This document shows, one piece after another, positions 62,007-64,000 of a stretch of 64,000 nucleotides of DNA. The notes beneath the pieces were generated by a model. It did not search any database and was not told where the DNA came from. It was given only the letters and a program-made list of their open reading frames with translations. Each line of letters opens with the position of its first letter. Position 1 is the stretch's first letter. The stretch comes from an uncultured Nitrospiraceae bacterium (GTDB lineage: Bacteria; Nitrospirota; Nitrospiria; Nitrospirales; Nitrospiraceae), in assembly GCA_963730935.1 (NCBI GenBank), contig CAVSTP010000004.1, positions 512,001 through 576,000 on the forward strand, given 5' to 3'. A program made the translations under genes and the position numbers.

Positions 62007-63014
62007 GTGAAGAAAGCGCTGCTCACCGGCATCACAGGCCAGGACGGCTCCTATCTCTCGGAGTTTTTGCTCAAGAAAGGCTACGAGGTATATGGAATTA
62101 TCCGACGATCGAGTTCCTTCAACACGGGCCGCATCGATCCCATCTACCAAGATCCCCATGTCCCTCAGCGTCGCTTGCACCTGGTTTACGGAGATCTCAA
62201 CGATGCCAGTTCGCTGAACCGAATTTTACGAACCGTTCAACCCGACGAAATTTACAATCTCGGTGCGCAAAGTCACGTCCGCGTCAGCTTCGACATTCCG
62301 GAATATACCGGGGAGATCACCGGGCTGGGCACAATTCGCCTGCTCGAAGCCATTCGTGAATCAGGACTTAAGCCCAAGTTCTATCAGGCCTCCTCGAGCG
62401 AAATGTTTGGCAAAGTCCTCGAAGTGCCTCAGCGGGAGACCACGCCGTTCTATCCGCGTAGCCCCTATGGTGCGGCGAAGGTGTACTCGTATTGGATCAC
62501 GGTCAACTATCGGGAAGCCTATAATTTGTTTGCCTGCAACGGCATTCTGTTCAACCACGAATCGCCGCGTCGGGGAGAAACATTCGTCACTAGAAAGATT
62601 ACGAAGGCGGCGGCACGCATCAAACTCGGCATTCAGAAAGACCTCTATCTCGGCAATCTCGACGCCAAACGCGACTGGGGATATGCCGGCGACTACATTG
62701 AAGCGATGTGGCTCATGCTACAAGCCGACACTCCAGACGACTATGTGATCGCCACCGGTGAGACTCACAGCGTTCGGGAAATGCTCGAACTCGCCTTCGA
62801 CCGCGTGAAGCTCGATTGGAAACCGTATGTGAAGATTGACGAAAATTACTATCGCCCGACAGAAGTAGATCTGCTGATCGGGGACGCCAGCAAGGCGAAG
62901 CGGAAACTCGGATGGGCGCCCAAGGTTGGCTTCCATGAATTGATCAATATGATGGTGGATGCCGATGTCGCCGCTGAGCGTGAACGCTTGGAAGGGGTGA
63001 AGGGAAACCCGTAG
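62007..63014 (+). CDS. gmd: GDP-mannose 4,6-dehydratase
   Basis: '[13 protein letters not shown]', 'AQSHV', 'YQASSSE', 'SPYGAAK', 'FNHESPRRG'. Confidence 0.97.
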   Translation: MKKALLTGITGQDGSYLSEFLLKKGYEVYGIIRRSSSFNTGRIDPIYQDPHVPQRRLHLVYGDLNDASSLNRILRTVQPDEIYNLGAQSHVRVSFDIPEYTGEITGLGTIRLLEAIRESGLKPKFYQASSSEMFGKVLEVPQRETTPFYPRSPYGAAKVYSYWITVNYREAYNLFACNGILFNHESPRRGETFVTRKITKAAARIKLGIQKDLYLGNLDAKRDWGYAGDYIEAMWLMLQADTPDDYVIATGETHSVREMLELAFDRVKLDWKPYVKIDENYYRPTEVDLLIGDASKAKRKLGWAPKVGFHELINMMVDADVAAERERLEGVKGNP

Positions 63015-63016
63015 CC

Positions 63017-63979
63017 ATGGCCTCGTTCTGGGCGGACAAGCGGGTGGTAGTCACGGGCGGGGCGGGGTTTTTGGGGTCGTTTGTCGTGGAGCAGCTCCAG
63101 GCGAAGGGTTGCCGCCACCTCATCGTGCCTCGAAGCCGAGATTACGATCTCGTGCAGATGACAGCAGTCCGTCGCCTGTACGAGGACACCACGCCGGACA
63201 TCCTCATTCATCTCGCCGCACGTGTCGGAGGCATCGGCGCTAACCAGGCCAATCCCGGACGGTTTTTCTACGACAATCTCATGATGGGCAGTCAGCTCAT
63301 TGAACTCGGCAGGCAATGGGGCCTCAAGAAATTCGTCGCGATCGGCACCATCTGTGCCTACCCGAAGTTCGCGCCTATCCCTTTTAAGGAAGATGACATT
63401 TGGGCAGGCTATCCCGAGGAAACCAACGCGCCTTATGGCCTGGCCAAAAAGATGATGCTCGTTCAATCGCAGGCCTACCGGCAGCAATACGGATTCAATT
63501 CCATCGTGCTGTTCCCGGTGAATTTGTACGGACCCCGGGATAATTTCGACCTTCAAACGTCGCACGTGATTCCTGCTTTGATCAGAAAATGTGCAGAAGC
63601 ACAGGAGATTGCCGCATCCGAGATCATCCTCTGGGGCGATGGCACTCCGACACGGGAATTTCTGTACGTCGAGGATGCAGCGGAAGGTATCATTCTCGCC
63701 GCTGAGCAGCACAACGACTCTCGCCCCCTCAATCTGGGAACCGGCGAGGAGGTCAGCATCAAGAGCCTTGCAACCCTGATCGCCGCCGAGATCGGTTACA
63801 AGGGCCGCATCACTTGGGACAGCACCAAACCGAACGGTCAGCCGCGGCGATGCCTGGACGTCAGCCGCATCAAGCAAGCCATCGGATTTCAGGCCAAACA
63901 CTCTCTCCGTGACGGCCTCAAGAAGACGATCGCTTGGTTCCACGCCCACCGCGAGACATTACGAGAAGTGCACTTTTAG
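63017..63979 (+). CDS. fcl: GDP-L-fucose synthase
   Basis: 'GGAGFLG', '[10 protein letters not shown]', 'YGLAK', 'NLYGP.DNF', 'SHVIPALI'. Confidence 0.95.
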   Translation: MASFWADKRVVVTGGAGFLGSFVVEQLQAKGCRHLIVPRSRDYDLVQMTAVRRLYEDTTPDILIHLAARVGGIGANQANPGRFFYDNLMMGSQLIELGRQWGLKKFVAIGTICAYPKFAPIPFKEDDIWAGYPEETNAPYGLAKKMMLVQSQAYRQQYGFNSIVLFPVNLYGPRDNFDLQTSHVIPALIRKCAEAQEIAASEIILWGDGTPTREFLYVEDAAEGIILAAEQHNDSRPLNLGTGEEVSIKSLATLIAAEIGYKGRITWDSTKPNGQPRRCLDVSRIKQAIGFQAKHSLRDGLKKTIAWFHAHRETLREVHF

Positions 63980-64000
63980 TGTCCCTCCGATGCCTCCAAC

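Overview
Bacterial chromosomal window; gene style and content suggest Nitrospira/Nitrospirota (an inference). 1-9.9 kb: housekeeping genes (comM/yifB, clpB broken by two frameshifts, a GlrK/lipoprotein/GlrR-like two-component operon). About 10-29.3 kb: an accessory region on the 3' side of a minus-strand tRNA-Thr(TGT) at 29254-29328. Two extra copies of the tRNA 3' half (12966-13010, 20133-20178) delimit two tandem islands with no visible integrase. The cargo is secreted proteins, stand-alone receiver domains, an ExeA-like ATPase fused to a CxxCH domain, an HD-GYP protein and a DNA ligase pseudogene. Most striking: five copies of a ~61-bp bipartite motif (CCACCCTTGGGAAGGGGTGTC-N18-CARYCAGRTRARG-N4-ATMCA) between 20.4 and 24.5 kb. 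Neighbouring copies enclose a single co-oriented gene (one interval has a possibly split gene), resembling a cassette array with non-attC sites. 32-51 kb: a phosphate-starvation cluster (GT4 glycosyltransferase, PlcP-like phosphoesterase, PLP aminotransferase-membrane fusion, phoB, phoU, pstSCAB, porin, second pstS) with 11-bp-periodic Pho-box-like repeats. 51-62 kb: a type II secretion cluster gspC,E-N with no gspD. The window ends with gmd-fcl. No database searches were run; all calls rest on motifs read from the sequence.
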